Part shown: positions 63,221 to 64,000 of the stretch, in pieces
Numbering within the stretch: the stretch's first letter is position 1
Layout of the letters: each line of letters starts with the position of its first letter
Assembly (NCBI GenBank): GCA_043228905.1
Contig: JBHGNT010000013.1
Location: 16,244,001-16,308,000, forward strand
Length of the DNA stretch: 64,000 bases
Origin: Azolla caroliniana
Lineage: Eukaryota > Plantae > Polypodiophyta
Direction of reading: 5' to 3'
Notes under the pieces: generated by a model
What the model saw: only the letters and a program-made list of their open reading frames with translations
What the model was told of the DNA's origin: nothing
Databases searched by the model: none
Position numbers and translations under genes: made by a program

Positions 63221-64000
63221 GTATTTAATCCAGGTGTCTTTTATATGAAATTGGTCAAAACTATGGGAAAAATGGATCGAAATTTGTAGAGGATCAACCT
63301 AGATATTTGAAATAAAGTTTTAAAACTGCTGCTAGGTGTATGTTGTCAACATCATATAGTCTCTAAAATTCAGATACTAAGTCTTGAAGATTAATCAATG
63401 CTATGACAAGAGTGATACTTGTTTATTAATGTGGGTCAAAGATCGTTTGTTTGTTAATATGGAGATAAGACACCTATTAATAAAGTACCTTAGATTGATA
63501 GGCCACCAATGCTGTAATACCTTCGGACAATGCATTTTTTGGAAGACAAACCATTTGCAGATTGTATCATGAGCTGTCAGTGAGCAGTGAGCTTCTTGCT
63601 GCCTGAGATTTCTGTTCTATATTATTGAGAAATACAAAGATTCAGGCAAAGCTTTTGTGTATTTAGTTTGTAGTTTCAGTTTCATTATTGTATCATTTTA
63701 CTAGTCATATTACAATGTGTGGAAGAATGCTGCGAAGAGGAATTTTGCAGTAAGAGTTGACTGCATATAGAATTCATGCACTTCTTGTAAAAACAGGAAA
63801 AAACCAGCCATATGAGTGGAATATGGACGTGAGTATTCTTCTTACCCATGAGTAATGTGGTTAACAAAAAACCTATAGGTGATGCAGTTTAAAGTTTCAC
63901 AAAATGTGGGCTGCTACAAAAAGGAATATAAATTTGAAATCACCTTAACAGGGAAGGTAAAGCATACATAAGATTTTGGGCAGTATGTAATCTCTTACGT

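Overview
Eukaryotic, intron-containing land-plant DNA, most likely a non-seed plant such as a fern (inferred from Tcn1-like chromoviruses and the gene set). Bases 1-41.6 kb are almost entirely retrotransposon. A partial Tcn1-like LTR (1-268) interrupts a decayed LINE (269-3324), which itself holds an antisense 5'-truncated LINE. A 30.8-kb nest follows: an old minus-strand Copia (3704-34497) received three Ty3/Gypsy elements within about 100 bp of its 3' end (4174-10391, 10398-17426, 17528-29899). The first carries a solo LTR and the third carries an intact Copia with identical LTRs (23564-28910). A TSD-bounded LINE (34737-41580) carries a tandem array and an ECM29-like gene fragment in its 3' region. 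The right third holds a 3-exon DUF604/fringe-like glycosyltransferase gene, a hAT MITE, and the 5' part of a SWEETIE/HEATR5 gene. The most unusual signals are: (i) a Gypsy element with a second, inverted tRNA primer-binding site where the polypurine tract should be; (ii) a tRNA-like A-box/B-box module in the U3 of self-priming Tcn1-like LTRs; (iii) host-gene capture inside a LINE. Boundaries and TSDs were read by eye. Family and gene names come from recalled motif similarity, not database searches.
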